Counted from the stretch's first letter, positions 19,690 to 29,682 are shown. The stretch: 64,000 nt of DNA from Bdellovibrionota bacterium (GCA_050950765.1 JBMNIF010000001.1:224001-288000); one strand, 5' to 3'. A program made the numbers and translations. The notes: a model not told the origin generated them from the letters alone.

Positions 19690-21006
19690 GTGAAGATCTT
19701 ATTACTGAATCAGGATTGGTTTGCGGATGATTTCAGAGCATGTGGACATGAAGTAGTTACAGCTGGTACAAGAACACACCTCGATCTTCTATTAGAGTTT
19801 CCGATAGAGGATATCCATTCTCTGTTGGCACGTTTACCGAACGGATTTTATCCTGATAGGATCGTCGTTTACGATGAAAGCGCTGCTATTTTTGTTTCCG
19901 GATTGGAAGATATCGATATTCCGCTATTATTTTACTCTGTAGATACTCATCACCATAAAGAAATTCATAAACACCTAGCAGCTATCTTTGATTTAAACTA
20001 TGTTGCTCATAAAGATTATGTAGAAGTATTAAAAGAAAGTACAAGTAGAGTGGAGTGGTTGCCGCTCTGGGCTTCTTGTAATATGACCCCCTCAGATCAA
20101 AAAGAGTACGGCGCAGTTTTTGTCGGAAGCCTTAATGCCAAGCTTAATCCAGAAAGGGTACATTTTTTTACGGAGTTACAAAAAGTGGCTCCTGTCCTCG
20201 TTAAAAGTGGCGATTTTTCCACTATTTTTCCAAAAAGTGAAATCGTTATCAATCAAACTGTCAAGGGAGACCTGAACTTTAGAGTTTTTGAAGCGATGAT
20301 GTCGGGAGCGATGCTTCTGACTGAAGATTCTGAAAACGGTCTGCATGATTTATTTGAAAGCGGGACTCATCTTGTGACGTATAAAAAAAATGATGTGCAG
20401 GATGCTGCTGAAAAAATAAAATACTATCTTGAACATAAAGAGGAAGCGAAGAGGATCGCCAACGCTGGACGATCTGAAATCTTACGACTACACTCCTCTA
20501 AACAACGTGCTGAACGAATTTTAAACGACCTCGAAAAACTGGAACGGACGTTCAATAAAAATAGGCATTATGCGATAATTCCAAACTATATCTGGGGAAC
20601 AAGCATTTTAGAAAAAAGATCGGAAGTGGCAAGAGCTCAAGTCTTGGAGTGTGCCTTGAAAAGTATAAATCAAGCGCTGGAGAATAATGAAGAGGCTAGT
20701 GCAGAGATCGCTCCTTTTGTTATTAGTGCCTGCTTAAAATTCGATAAGATCTTGCAGTCAGATATGGGGCAACGCCTTTTGGAGGTAGTTTGTCAGAAGC
20801 ATTCAGAGATGCTTATTTTTCAATTGGCATACTTTTGGATGTTACAGGAGCACGGGCAGAGAGATGAGGTTATTGCGACAATCAATCAGATAGATGCCTC
20901 AATAGATGTGCAGTATATCTTAGACCAAGCGACGGAGCTGATAAATACAATTATGCAACAGAGCCGGACTCAATATCCATCAGATGAAATTTTACAATGC
21001 CGTTAG
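19690..21006 (+). CDS. CgeB-like glycosyltransferase (Glyco_trans_1_2)
   Basis: FVGS, LNFRVFEAMMSG and ..IANAGR motifs. Confidence 0.8.
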   Translation: MKILLLNQDWFADDFRACGHEVVTAGTRTHLDLLLEFPIEDIHSLLARLPNGFYPDRIVVYDESAAIFVSGLEDIDIPLLFYSVDTHHHKEIHKHLAAIFDLNYVAHKDYVEVLKESTSRVEWLPLWASCNMTPSDQKEYGAVFVGSLNAKLNPERVHFFTELQKVAPVLVKSGDFSTIFPKSEIVINQTVKGDLNFRVFEAMMSGAMLLTEDSENGLHDLFESGTHLVTYKKNDVQDAAEKIKYYLEHKEEAKRIANAGRSEILRLHSSKQRAERILNDLEKLERTFNKNRHYAIIPNYIWGTSILEKRSEVARAQVLECALKSINQALENNEEASAEIAPFVISACLKFDKILQSDMGQRLLEVVCQKHSEMLIFQLAYFWMLQEHGQRDEVIATINQIDASIDVQYILDQATELINTIMQQSRTQYPSDEILQCR

Positions 21007-21155
21007 TTTCTAACGTTTTTTAAAATAATACCTAAGAGATCTTTTTCTTACGTTATAACGTTACTTTTATTCTAAATTTCTTCCGTATTTGATTAAGTAC
21101 AAGATAAAAATTACTATTCCAGCTGGAAGAACACCTAAAAACTATCTTTTTATTT

Positions 21156-22250
21156 ATGGTGTTGCAAAGAAAGATGGGAGAGGAATTAATGCTTGGAGTA
21201 GGTAGGGATTCAGAGATAAATGGGGGCTCAAAGATAAGATTTGAAGACGCTGTAATGCCAAGTATAAGATTTGAAGAAGTTGTAATGAAGCTTGGAAATC
21301 TTAGAGAGGGCTTTGCTAATATTGAAAGATCTATGCATGAAATTTTTAAAGAGGGAGGGCTATTAAGGGAGAATAAGGCTATTCCGGAAGGCTCTGTTGC
21401 AGTGAAGAAGATAGCAGCTTCTGCCGCAATTCTTTCAAATCAAATTGAGGAGCAGATCAACACACCAGGTGCGATAGAGATTGGTGTGCAGATTGCAAAA
21501 ATTGGAAAAGTTGGAGAAGAGAAATTTAGGTTCTGTTTCCCTGGAGGGGGTGTCCTTTCTGATCAGGAGTTAGCGTGGATAAAAGCAAATCCTAATAGAG
21601 AAGCACCACAAAATCTTTTTTATATCTTAGCTCAAGAGCAATTGAAGAATATGGGTAAGTTATGTTTTACCTATAATAATATGGAAGGGGAGGGGTGTTC
21701 TGCCTTTTTAAAAAAGTTGCAAGAAAATTTAGAACGAGAGCTTTCTGAGGAGATGGGGAAAGATGTTGAGAAACTTGTTCGTATCAAGAAATTTCTTTCT
21801 GAAGAGAGGGAAACAGTTTTAACTGCAATGGGTCTTCCTGATTCTGTTATTGCTAGAGAGATTGCGGAGAAATTGCAAGATAGAGGGGTAACGCAAGATG
21901 AAAAAGGGACTCTTCATGGTATCTATACTACAGTTATTGAACGCATAGCAGTGGCAGAGTCGGATCAGCTGTGGCGTATAGCTGCAAGATCTGGAAGTAA
22001 TGAAGAGCAGAGAGGTATGACGGTTAAAACACTTAAAGAACTTTTGGAGATAGGTGAAAGAAGTGCTGAAAACTTAAAAGCGTATCTTAATTATGATATT
22101 GTGCATTGTGATCAATATGAGAAAGACGGAGGAGTTTCTGGATTTCGTAATCCGAGTTTTGCATGGGGCTTGAAACAGGTTGTCGCATATCTTGAAAATA
22201 GTGTAAAAGAAGCCGACCCTTACAAAGAAGGAGCAAGACGGCAGAGGTAG
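21156..22250 (+). CDS. Hypothetical protein
   Basis: 364-aa ORF with no recognised family. The start may be the ATG at 21189 after SD GAGAGGA. Confidence 0.75.
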   Translation: MVLQRKMGEELMLGVGRDSEINGGSKIRFEDAVMPSIRFEEVVMKLGNLREGFANIERSMHEIFKEGGLLRENKAIPEGSVAVKKIAASAAILSNQIEEQINTPGAIEIGVQIAKIGKVGEEKFRFCFPGGGVLSDQELAWIKANPNREAPQNLFYILAQEQLKNMGKLCFTYNNMEGEGCSAFLKKLQENLERELSEEMGKDVEKLVRIKKFLSEERETVLTAMGLPDSVIAREIAEKLQDRGVTQDEKGTLHGIYTTVIERIAVAESDQLWRIAARSGSNEEQRGMTVKTLKELLEIGERSAENLKAYLNYDIVHCDQYEKDGGVSGFRNPSFAWGLKQVVAYLENSVKEADPYKEGARRQR

Positions 22251-22302
22251 TTGTTTGGGCTAAGTAGATAGAATAATCGAAAAACTAAAAAGGGAGAGTG
22301 GT

Positions 22303-23073
22303 GTGATATTAGATAAAACCGTTATCGGGATGTTGCATGTAGAAGCTTTACCTGGAACGCCGTATCATAAACTACCCATCTCGCAGATAATACAACATAC
22401 AATTGAAGAAGCTGAAGTTTATCTTAAGCACGGTATCGATACTCTACTTATTGAAAATATGCACGATCTCCCGTATCTAAAACGCACCGTCGGTCCCGAA
22501 ATAACTGCGGCGTTGGCAGTTATCGCCTATGAAGTAAAAAAACGCTTTGATGTAACTTTAGGGATTCAAGTTTTAGCTGGTGCTAATAAAGAGGCGTTAG
22601 CGTGCGCCTTAACTGCGGGTGCTGATTTTATTAGAGTGGAGGGGTTTGTTTTTGCGCATGTTGCCGACGAAGGTTTTATGGACGGCTGTGCTGGAGAGTT
22701 GCTTCGTTATCGGAAATACCTTGCAGCGGAAAATGTAAAGATTTTTGCTGATATCAAAAAGAAACATTCAGCACACGCTATTACGGCAGATCTCTCTATT
22801 GTAGAGGCGGCTAAAGCTGCCGAGTTCTTTGGAGCTGATGGTGTTATTGTAACGGGTAATTCAACTGCTGCCCCTGCAGATCTGATGCAGTTAAAAGATG
22901 TGAAGGAAAATGTATCGATACCTGTTTTAGTCGGGTCTGGGATTACATCTGATAATATTAAGGAATATCAACTATATTCAGATGGTGTAATTGTTGGATC
23001 ATATTTTAAAGAGGGTGGTAAGTGGCAAAATCCTCTATCTAATGAGAGGATTAAGAAGTTGCTTAGTGCATAA
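22303..23073 (+). CDS. BtpA/SgcQ family protein
   Basis: IGMLH..ALPG.P, IENMHDLPY, FADIKKKHS, IVTG..T and VLVGSG. Confidence 0.92.
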   Translation: MILDKTVIGMLHVEALPGTPYHKLPISQIIQHTIEEAEVYLKHGIDTLLIENMHDLPYLKRTVGPEITAALAVIAYEVKKRFDVTLGIQVLAGANKEALACALTAGADFIRVEGFVFAHVADEGFMDGCAGELLRYRKYLAAENVKIFADIKKKHSAHAITADLSIVEAAKAAEFFGADGVIVTGNSTAAPADLMQLKDVKENVSIPVLVGSGITSDNIKEYQLYSDGVIVGSYFKEGGKWQNPLSNERIKKLLSA

Positions 23074-23369
23074 GAGATAAAAGAGAAGTTAGAAGGTGGA
23101 TGAAGGGGTGCTTGGCGTGTAAAGGGTGTTATTAGAAGGTTAGTGCATAAGAGATAAAAGAGGGGTTAGAAGGGGGGTAAGGGGTGTTTGGCGCGTAAAA
23201 GGTGTTATTAGAAGGTTAGTGCATAAAAGATAAAAAGAGAAGTTAGAAGGTGGACAAAAGGTGTTTAGCGCATAAAGAGGTGTTGAAGGAGGTTAGGTGC
23301 TTAAAAGATAAAAGAGAAGTTAGAAGGTGGACAAGAGGTGTTTAGCGCATAAAAGGAATTATTAGAAGG
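23063..23369 (+). repeat. Four tandem ~77-bp purine-rich repeats
   Basis: Unit ttagtgcataagagataaaagagaagttagaaggtgg...ggtgttattagaagg. The first unit includes the stop codon of the BtpA-family gene. Confidence 0.92.
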
Positions 23370-23473
23370 TCAAAATTTTGTAAAATTTGATTAGCAAAAT
23401 TATGAATGGCATAATCTCGGGCGGTAACGCAGGCTACCTTAATCTTGGAACAATTGTGTGTAATGGAGTTGTT

Positions 23474-25012
23474 ATGAGTAATTTTGGCGTTGGGACGGGC
23501 GGGGGAGAATCATTATTGGCTAATGGATTACCACGAGGAATAGGTCTTACTAATTTTAGTGGTCTTGGAAGTGGCGAAGCTATCGTTAACTATGCAGAAG
23601 AATTGGCTGAGAGTGGTGATTGCCAGAGAGCAATGGAGGTACTGTCTAAAAACTATGGAACATTTGAGCCAGAAGTAAGAAGAGATGATGAAGGTAAGAT
23701 AAAACATATCGCACGATGTTATGTACAGTTCGTGCGAGAGACAGCTAAAGAGTTAGCCGAAGCAGGAGAAAATAATAAGGTAGAAGCGTTTAAAAGGTCG
23801 CTAAATGAGAGATTAAAAACCATAGGTAATGCCTTAACTGACGAGGAGATAGGAGAATTTAAATCTTTGGAAAAACATGCACTAGATCAAGCTGAAAAAA
23901 TCGCTTGGAATTCTATTAAAGAATTTGTTGAGACTGGGGAAGTTAGGCGTGTTAAATTCCAGATTATATCTTATGAAGATAGGTTTGGTAAAATTGATGA
24001 AAGTTCTCCTCTTACTATTAAATCTGCTCTTATTAAAGAAGCAAAAGAAAACGCCTTGCAAAGAGCGTTAGGTGAAATAAGTTATTTTAATAACGAGGGG
24101 AATGTAGAGGCTGCTTTAAAAACCTTAGAGGAAGTTAAAGAGGAAGTGGGGGAGAGGTTTCCTGAAGGGAACTTTTTTTCTATTGCAAAAAATAATATTT
24201 ATAAAAATGCGGTTAAAAAAGCATTGGAACAGGGCAGAGATGCTACTGCTGCTGGGAACGTAGAAGAAGCTATTAAATTGCTTAACTTAGCAGGGAAATA
24301 TGCTGAATACTGTGATACGAGATATGATTATACACATTTCAAATGCGAATTTTATCAAATCAAATGCAAAATTTATCAAAATGGAATAGACCAAGGTTTA
24401 ATTGAAATATCTTCAATCCTTGAAGAGGGTGATATTAATAAAGCTGACAGAAATTTACAAAAGGTTTTGGAATATCAAAGAGGAATAGAAGGTCTGGGAG
24501 GATTTTTCAGTAAAGACGCTTTAAAGAAAATTGAAAACGTTAAAATTGCTATAGCTAAAAAGAGGGTGGTTGAGGACTTCTCTCCGCTTGAGCGTAATTT
24601 GGAAAAATTAGAAGAGCTTTGTGGGGGAAAGACCCCTTATAAGGATGCTCAGCATGTTACACTACTTCTTGATAAAGTTTTCGAGAGGATTCAAACGATG
24701 GAGGAAGCTTTAAAACTTCTTCAAGATAGCTCTTTAGTTGGTTCAATGCAGGCTGATGAAATAAGAGATAAATTAAAAAATGTAAGAGATACTGCTTGCC
24801 ACTATGGAATTAAAAACGAGCTTCGACTTGTTTCCATCTATGCTGCTAATGGAGATGAGAGAACCATTGGAGCTTCTGAAAAAGCCATTCGTAAATACCA
24901 TAAGATGCTTGGTAGTGAGGTGCCAGATGAAATTGAGAATTTTCTAGATGATGCAAGAGCATTATGCGACAAACGCATAGAGGAGAAACAATCAGAGTGG
25001 GATGATTTATGA
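23474..25012 (+). CDS. Hypothetical alpha-helical (TPR-like) repeat protein
   Basis: Recurrent A..G..E.A...L motifs and a Gly-rich N-terminus. ATG at 23474 follows SD GGAG. Confidence 0.75.
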   Translation: MSNFGVGTGGGESLLANGLPRGIGLTNFSGLGSGEAIVNYAEELAESGDCQRAMEVLSKNYGTFEPEVRRDDEGKIKHIARCYVQFVRETAKELAEAGENNKVEAFKRSLNERLKTIGNALTDEEIGEFKSLEKHALDQAEKIAWNSIKEFVETGEVRRVKFQIISYEDRFGKIDESSPLTIKSALIKEAKENALQRALGEISYFNNEGNVEAALKTLEEVKEEVGERFPEGNFFSIAKNNIYKNAVKKALEQGRDATAAGNVEEAIKLLNLAGKYAEYCDTRYDYTHFKCEFYQIKCKIYQNGIDQGLIEISSILEEGDINKADRNLQKVLEYQRGIEGLGGFFSKDALKKIENVKIAIAKKRVVEDFSPLERNLEKLEELCGGKTPYKDAQHVTLLLDKVFERIQTMEEALKLLQDSSLVGSMQADEIRDKLKNVRDTACHYGIKNELRLVSIYAANGDERTIGASEKAIRKYHKMLGSEVPDEIENFLDDARALCDKRIEEKQSEWDDL

Positions 25013-25049
25013 ATAGCTGAAGTCTTAGCAAAAACGGTATAATTGCGAA

Positions 25050-25100
25050 AAAAAGAAAGGCTGGGAAATAAAAAAAATCCGTAGCCTTCCTTTTTTATTT
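25050..25100. terminator. Possible bidirectional terminator
   Basis: AAGGCTG...TAGCCTT stem flanked by A and T tracts, between convergent genes. Confidence 0.45.
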
Positions 25101-25113
25101 TGTATTCACCTCT

Positions 25114-25455
25114 CTACCACGGCAATAAAGGTAGGTGTCGCCTATGCGGTGGTGGTGGCGGTGGGGGTGGTAGATGCCTGTGAGGTGGTGGCATGTGCCG
25201 ATATCTATGATGTGGCGGTATGTGCCTATATCTCGCTGGTGGTGGCGGCATATGTCCGTGATGCGGCGGTGGGGGTGGTAAGCGTCTATATTCCGCTGCT
25301 GGTGGTGGCGGTGGGGGTGGAGGTCTATGACCATACCTATGCGGTGGAGGTGGTGGCGGAGGGGGAGCCCAACCTTGTGCGTTGGCGATAGAAGGCGCTG
25401 TTGTAGATGCACAAAGTGCAACTACGAAAGCGACTAATACTAAGTAACGTTTCAT
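25114..25455 (-). CDS. Secreted Pro/His/Arg-rich small protein
   Basis: Signal peptide MKRYLVLVAFVVALCA...ANA, SD GGAG and poly-Pro repeats. Confidence 0.75.
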   Translation of the reverse strand: MKRYLVLVAFVVALCASTTAPSIANAQGWAPPPPPPPPHRYGHRPPPPPPPPAAEYRRLPPPPPHHGHMPPPPARYRHIPPHHRYRHMPPPHRHLPPPPPPPPHRRHLPLLPW

Positions 25456-25738
25456 AAGTTCTCCAATAAATAATAAATAAAAAGGTTGTTCAATTTTTAC
25501 TTGCACTGTGTATGATAAAGCGCTTCATACCTTAATTTATTCTAAATAGAATCTCTTGTATGACGAGTACTTTAAAACGGTATTAAGTGTAAGCACTGCT
25601 ACGTTAACACCTTGAGCAGAACTGCAACAGTAAGAGAGGAATAATTCTTTTTTTTATTTTTTAATGAAAAATACTTTAAAGAGGGTAAAAAGAAAGGAAG
25701 CGCCGCTAAAAAGTGTGATAAAGAAGGGAAAAGAAGCG

Positions 25739-26971
25739 TTATTTTACCGTTATAAGGATGCCTCCTAAGACCTTTTTGTCACCTTCGTTAAAGTATAAGG
25801 TGTTTTTTTGTGCGGTACCTTTTTTTGAAAAAAAGATTTTCAAAACACCTTCATTAGAAAACTTATCCAAAGAAGCTTGCAGGGTTACCTTTTGTAAAAG
25901 ACGTGTCCTTCGTTTTGAAATATCAAGGTAGACCTTAGCAGGAAGAACTCCCTTGAATTTAGTTGGTGCATCTTTTATCGGTGTGATGTCGCCTGCTATC
26001 TTTATCTTAATTATCCACGGTTTGGGAGGAACCTCTTCTGCCACTTCTAGAGGGGTTAATTCAGGTGGTCTTGGAGTGCTGATCGTTACGGTAGTTTCAA
26101 GCGTGTTCGCATCTGTAAGGTTTAGATCAGCTTGTGCTGAAAAAGTAGTGTTTGAAACTTCTCCGTGAAAAAAATGAGGAGCTTCTTCTATTACGGACTC
26201 GGTGTCGGGGATAATGGAGGTTTGAAGTGGTTTGTTTTTTAAGTCACTTTGAGTTTGATCGATCTCCTGCGGTTTAAAGAGAAGAGCTATTGCAAAAACA
26301 GGGATAACTAAGATTAACGAAGCTAGCGATGTTTTAAATTTTTCATTTTGTAGTAACGTCTGTAAAAACTTTTTAATACGGTTGTAATGAGCATTTGAAG
26401 GTAGGGAAAGCTTTTTAGGAGGAGTGAAGCTTGAGGGAGAGGGTAGAGAAAGTTTTTTAGGAAAAGTGAAGATTGAGGAAAGGGACAGAAAAAACTTTTT
26501 AGGAAAAGTGAAGATATAGGAAAGGGATAGAAAAAACTTTTTAGGAAAAGTGAAGATTGAGGAAAAGAGTTTAAATTGTTTTAGCTTTTCAGGTTGTCGT
26601 GGTTGTTTTGAGGCTTGAGGTTCTAAGAGAGAGGGAGAGGGTTTTGGGGTAGCGATAGTGCTTGCTGCACGTTTGTCTCTATCTATTAAGCGCATAATGG
26701 AGTCTTCTGCAGTAGTGGTATCTTTTTGCAGGATAGGTTTATTGAGACCTTCTAAGAGGTCTTTTAATTCGGCATCTTCGTCAAAGGAGGAGTCTGCATC
26801 ATCTTGCGGAGTCAGAGTATACACCCGTGGTTCCTTACTCCTTTGAGGAGTGGAAGAAACTTCTAACTCAGAAAGATCCAACTCGATCTCAAAAGAATCA
26901 TCCAAGAACTCTTCAGATTCAGGGTTGGTGCCTTTTAGACCTGATTGTGACGAGAAAGTATCATCACTCAT
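25739..26971 (-). CDS. Hypothetical bitopic membrane protein with short internal repeats
   Basis: Acidic N-terminus, (S/Y)IFTFPKK(F/L) repeats and one TM helix (LASLILVIPVFAIALLF). Confidence 0.8.
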   Translation of the reverse strand: MSDDTFSSQSGLKGTNPESEEFLDDSFEIELDLSELEVSSTPQRSKEPRVYTLTPQDDADSSFDEDAELKDLLEGLNKPILQKDTTTAEDSIMRLIDRDKRAASTIATPKPSPSLLEPQASKQPRQPEKLKQFKLFSSIFTFPKKFFLSLSYIFTFPKKFFLSLSSIFTFPKKLSLPSPSSFTPPKKLSLPSNAHYNRIKKFLQTLLQNEKFKTSLASLILVIPVFAIALLFKPQEIDQTQSDLKNKPLQTSIIPDTESVIEEAPHFFHGEVSNTTFSAQADLNLTDANTLETTVTISTPRPPELTPLEVAEEVPPKPWIIKIKIAGDITPIKDAPTKFKGVLPAKVYLDISKRRTRLLQKVTLQASLDKFSNEGVLKIFFSKKGTAQKNTLYFNEGDKKVLGGILITVK

Positions 26972-26994
26972 AAAACCTAATCTCCATACTTGTC

Positions 26995-27021
26995 AGATCG
27001 GTATTTGCGTTAATATCCTAA
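26995..27021 (-). promoter_or_regulatory. Sigma28-like promoter
   Basis: TTAG-N15-ACCGATCT upstream of the ATG at 26971. Confidence 0.4.
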
Positions 27022-27082
27022 AGTGCAATTATCAAAGGGAGATGGAAAACGTGTTGTTGAATCTCCTTTCCCTTTAAGCTTC

Positions 27083-27242
27083 CGAGTGTTTTGGAGATTT
27101 TTCCCCTCTTTTTGTTTAATTTTTGAGTTTTTTTTTGAGGTGTTTTTTTCACTCTCTGTATAATTTTTAAGTTTTTTTGAGGTGTTTTTTCCCTCTCTCT
27201 GTTTAATTTTGAGTGTTTTTTGAGTGTTTTTTCCTCTTTTTG
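27083..27242. repeat. T-rich degenerate tandem repeats
   Basis: Three to four ~45-bp units of tttttgaggtgttttttcc/actctct...taatttt upstream of menA. Confidence 0.75.
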
Positions 27243-27250
27243 GAGAAGCG

Positions 27251-28141
27251 ATGAGTTTTTTTAATGCAATAAAAATTTGGTTTTGTGCGTGTCGTCCTAA
27301 AACGTTGGTTGCTTCTGCTATGCCAGTTTGTGTTGCTTTTGTTATGGCGGCTGAAAAAGAGGGTGCTAAGCCGCTAGTATTTTTTATAACACTGTTTTGC
27401 GCTATTGTGATACAGATTGCGACTAATCTGATTAACGATTACTTCGATTATTTAAAAGGTGCTGATACGGAGAATCGTTATGGACCAACACGGATGGTGA
27501 CGGCAGGGCTTGTTTCGGTACGATCAATACGTATTGCGATAGCGATCTGTTTAATTGTAGCTCTGCTACTTGGTGGTTATCTGGTGCTACTTGGTGGGTA
27601 TCCGATCGCTATAATCGGTATTATCTCTTTAATTTGTGCTTTTGCATACACGGCAGGACCTTCTCCATTGGCGTATAACGGCTGGGCGGATCTCTTTGTT
27701 TGGATATTTTTCGGGCCGGTGGCGGTGGGTGGAACGTATTATCTTTTAACAGGTGGTGTTACGTTTAGTAGTTTGCTTGTAGGCGCTGCTTTAGGTTCTC
27801 TTATAACATCGATCTTGGTGGTGAATAATTTGCGTGATGTGGATGGAGATCGGAGGGTAAATAAAAGAACTTTGACGGTCAGATTTGGCGAGAAGTTTTC
27901 AAAGGCGCAATATCTGATCTTAATGTCACTTGGTGCTATCATTCCGATAGTGTTGCTCTCTTTTTTGGAAAAGCGGTATGGGGGGTTGCTTTCTCTGTTG
28001 TATCTTATTTTAGCACTCTCGTTGATGAAAAAAGTTGTCACACAAAAGAAAGAGAAGTTAAATCGAGTCTTGGAATTGACAGGTGCGACAGTGTTTCTGT
28101 TTTCCCTATTTTTTTCTATCGGCTGGTGTTTGCATATTTAA
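27251..28141 (+). CDS. menA: 1,4-dihydroxy-2-naphthoate prenyltransferase
   Basis: RPKTL, NLINDYFDYLKGAD, YTAGP.P.AY.G and NNLRD..GD....KRTL. Polytopic. Confidence 0.95.
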   Translation: MSFFNAIKIWFCACRPKTLVASAMPVCVAFVMAAEKEGAKPLVFFITLFCAIVIQIATNLINDYFDYLKGADTENRYGPTRMVTAGLVSVRSIRIAIAICLIVALLLGGYLVLLGGYPIAIIGIISLICAFAYTAGPSPLAYNGWADLFVWIFFGPVAVGGTYYLLTGGVTFSSLLVGAALGSLITSILVVNNLRDVDGDRRVNKRTLTVRFGEKFSKAQYLILMSLGAIIPIVLLSFLEKRYGGLLSLLYLILALSLMKKVVTQKKEKLNRVLELTGATVFLFSLFFSIGWCLHI

Positions 28142-28248
28142 TGTTTTATGGGGTACACAAAAAAAAAATCTTTTGATACAATCAACCTCAACGCAAGGAG
28201 GTCTCAGTTTTTATAAGTGTAACTTACCGTGTTTTTTGATGTGTTAAT

Positions 28249-29667
28249 ATGCAAGAAAAAGAAAACCTTGAAGTAGCTGCTCTTCGTAAATTATTGGAAC
28301 AAGATGGGATATCGACGATCTCTGTAAATAATGCGGTAAAAAATTATGCGCGTTTTTTGGCGGGGGAAACAGGCTATGTGCCTGCCTCTGAAATCAAATC
28401 TGTTGATGATGTGGTTCATTATGAAGAGTTGATTAATTATGCAGGTTTCGGAGAAAAAGCTCTCTCAAAGGTGGCTATCATTAATTTAAATGGTGGTCTT
28501 GGAACTAGCATGGGGTTGTCATCGGCGAAATCTCTTTTGAATATTAAGGATGGTTTCTCCTTTCTCGATATTACGGTGGCGCAGGTCGAATACATGAGAA
28601 AAAAGTATGAGATAGATCTACCGTTATTATTTATGAACAGCTTTAGTACTGATGCAGATACAAAAGCGGAGCTGAAAGATTTTGAAAATAAAGGGGATTT
28701 ACCAGTCTCTTTTTTACAAAGCAAAGTTAGGAAGATAGATCTTAAGACGTTGCGTCCTGTTAGTCATGAGGAAGACAGGAGTTTAGAGTGGTGCCCTCCA
28801 GGGCATGGGGATGTTTATGCAGCGATGTATCAAAATGGGATCCTTGATCTTCTACTTGAACACGGGTTTGAATATATTTTCATATCTAATGTAGATAATC
28901 TTGGAGCAACATTAGATCTCAATATCTTAGGATATCTAGCAAAGACTGCAGCTCCGTTCATTATGGAAGTGGCAGATCGGACAGAGGCTGATAAAAAGGG
29001 TGGGCACCTAGCGCGTAGGAAAAGAGATAATCGCTTAATTTTGCGCGAGTTGGCGCAGTGTCCTGAAAATGAGCAGCAAGAGGGTGGAGATTTTCAAAAT
29101 ATCCGTAAATATAAATACTTCAACACTAATTCTTTATGGTTAAACATAAGATCTTTAAAAGACCTTATGGATAAGACAGGCGGCGTGATGGAGTTGCCTT
29201 TGATTGTAAATCGGAAAACTGTAGATCCGAGGGATGAAACGACTACGGCAGTGGTACAACTTGAAACGGCAATGGGGGCAGCTATCTCTTCTTTTGATGA
29301 GGCTGTGGCTGTGCGTGTGCCGCGTACTAGATTTGCACCCGTAAAGTCCACTGACGATCTGATTGTGTTAAGGAGTGATCGTTATAGACTTACTCCGGAA
29401 AAGGAGATCGTTTTAGATGTTGGATGTGTTGGTTCTGCTGGTATCTCTATTAAGTTAGATAAGTGTTTTAACAAAATTGACGATTTTGAAGCACGCTTCA
29501 GTGAGGGAGTTCCTTCAATGATCGCTTGTGAAAGTCTACTTATAGAGGGAGATTTCTCTTTCGGATCTGGTGTTAAATTAATAGGCAATGTTAAGTTGTG
29601 TAACAAAACAGGAGCGCAGGTGCAGATCCCCGCTGGCGCAGAGCTAAAAGGTAAAATAAGTTTTTAA
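28249..29667 (+). CDS. UTP--glucose-1-phosphate uridylyltransferase of the UDPGP (eukaryote-type) family
   Basis: LNGGLGTSMG, PPGHGD, SNVDNLGA, FNTN, QLETAMGAAI and RFAPVK. Confidence 0.92.
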   Translation: MQEKENLEVAALRKLLEQDGISTISVNNAVKNYARFLAGETGYVPASEIKSVDDVVHYEELINYAGFGEKALSKVAIINLNGGLGTSMGLSSAKSLLNIKDGFSFLDITVAQVEYMRKKYEIDLPLLFMNSFSTDADTKAELKDFENKGDLPVSFLQSKVRKIDLKTLRPVSHEEDRSLEWCPPGHGDVYAAMYQNGILDLLLEHGFEYIFISNVDNLGATLDLNILGYLAKTAAPFIMEVADRTEADKKGGHLARRKRDNRLILRELAQCPENEQQEGGDFQNIRKYKYFNTNSLWLNIRSLKDLMDKTGGVMELPLIVNRKTVDPRDETTTAVVQLETAMGAAISSFDEAVAVRVPRTRFAPVKSTDDLIVLRSDRYRLTPEKEIVLDVGCVGSAGISIKLDKCFNKIDDFEARFSEGVPSMIACESLLIEGDFSFGSGVKLIGNVKLCNKTGAQVQIPAGAELKGKISF

Positions 29668-29682
29668 AGGAATTCGCTGAAG

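Noticed and set aside
25095..25421. Alternative His-rich ORF and antisense Val-rich ORF
   Set aside because: These are shadow frames of the Pro-rich gene, which has the SD and signal peptide.
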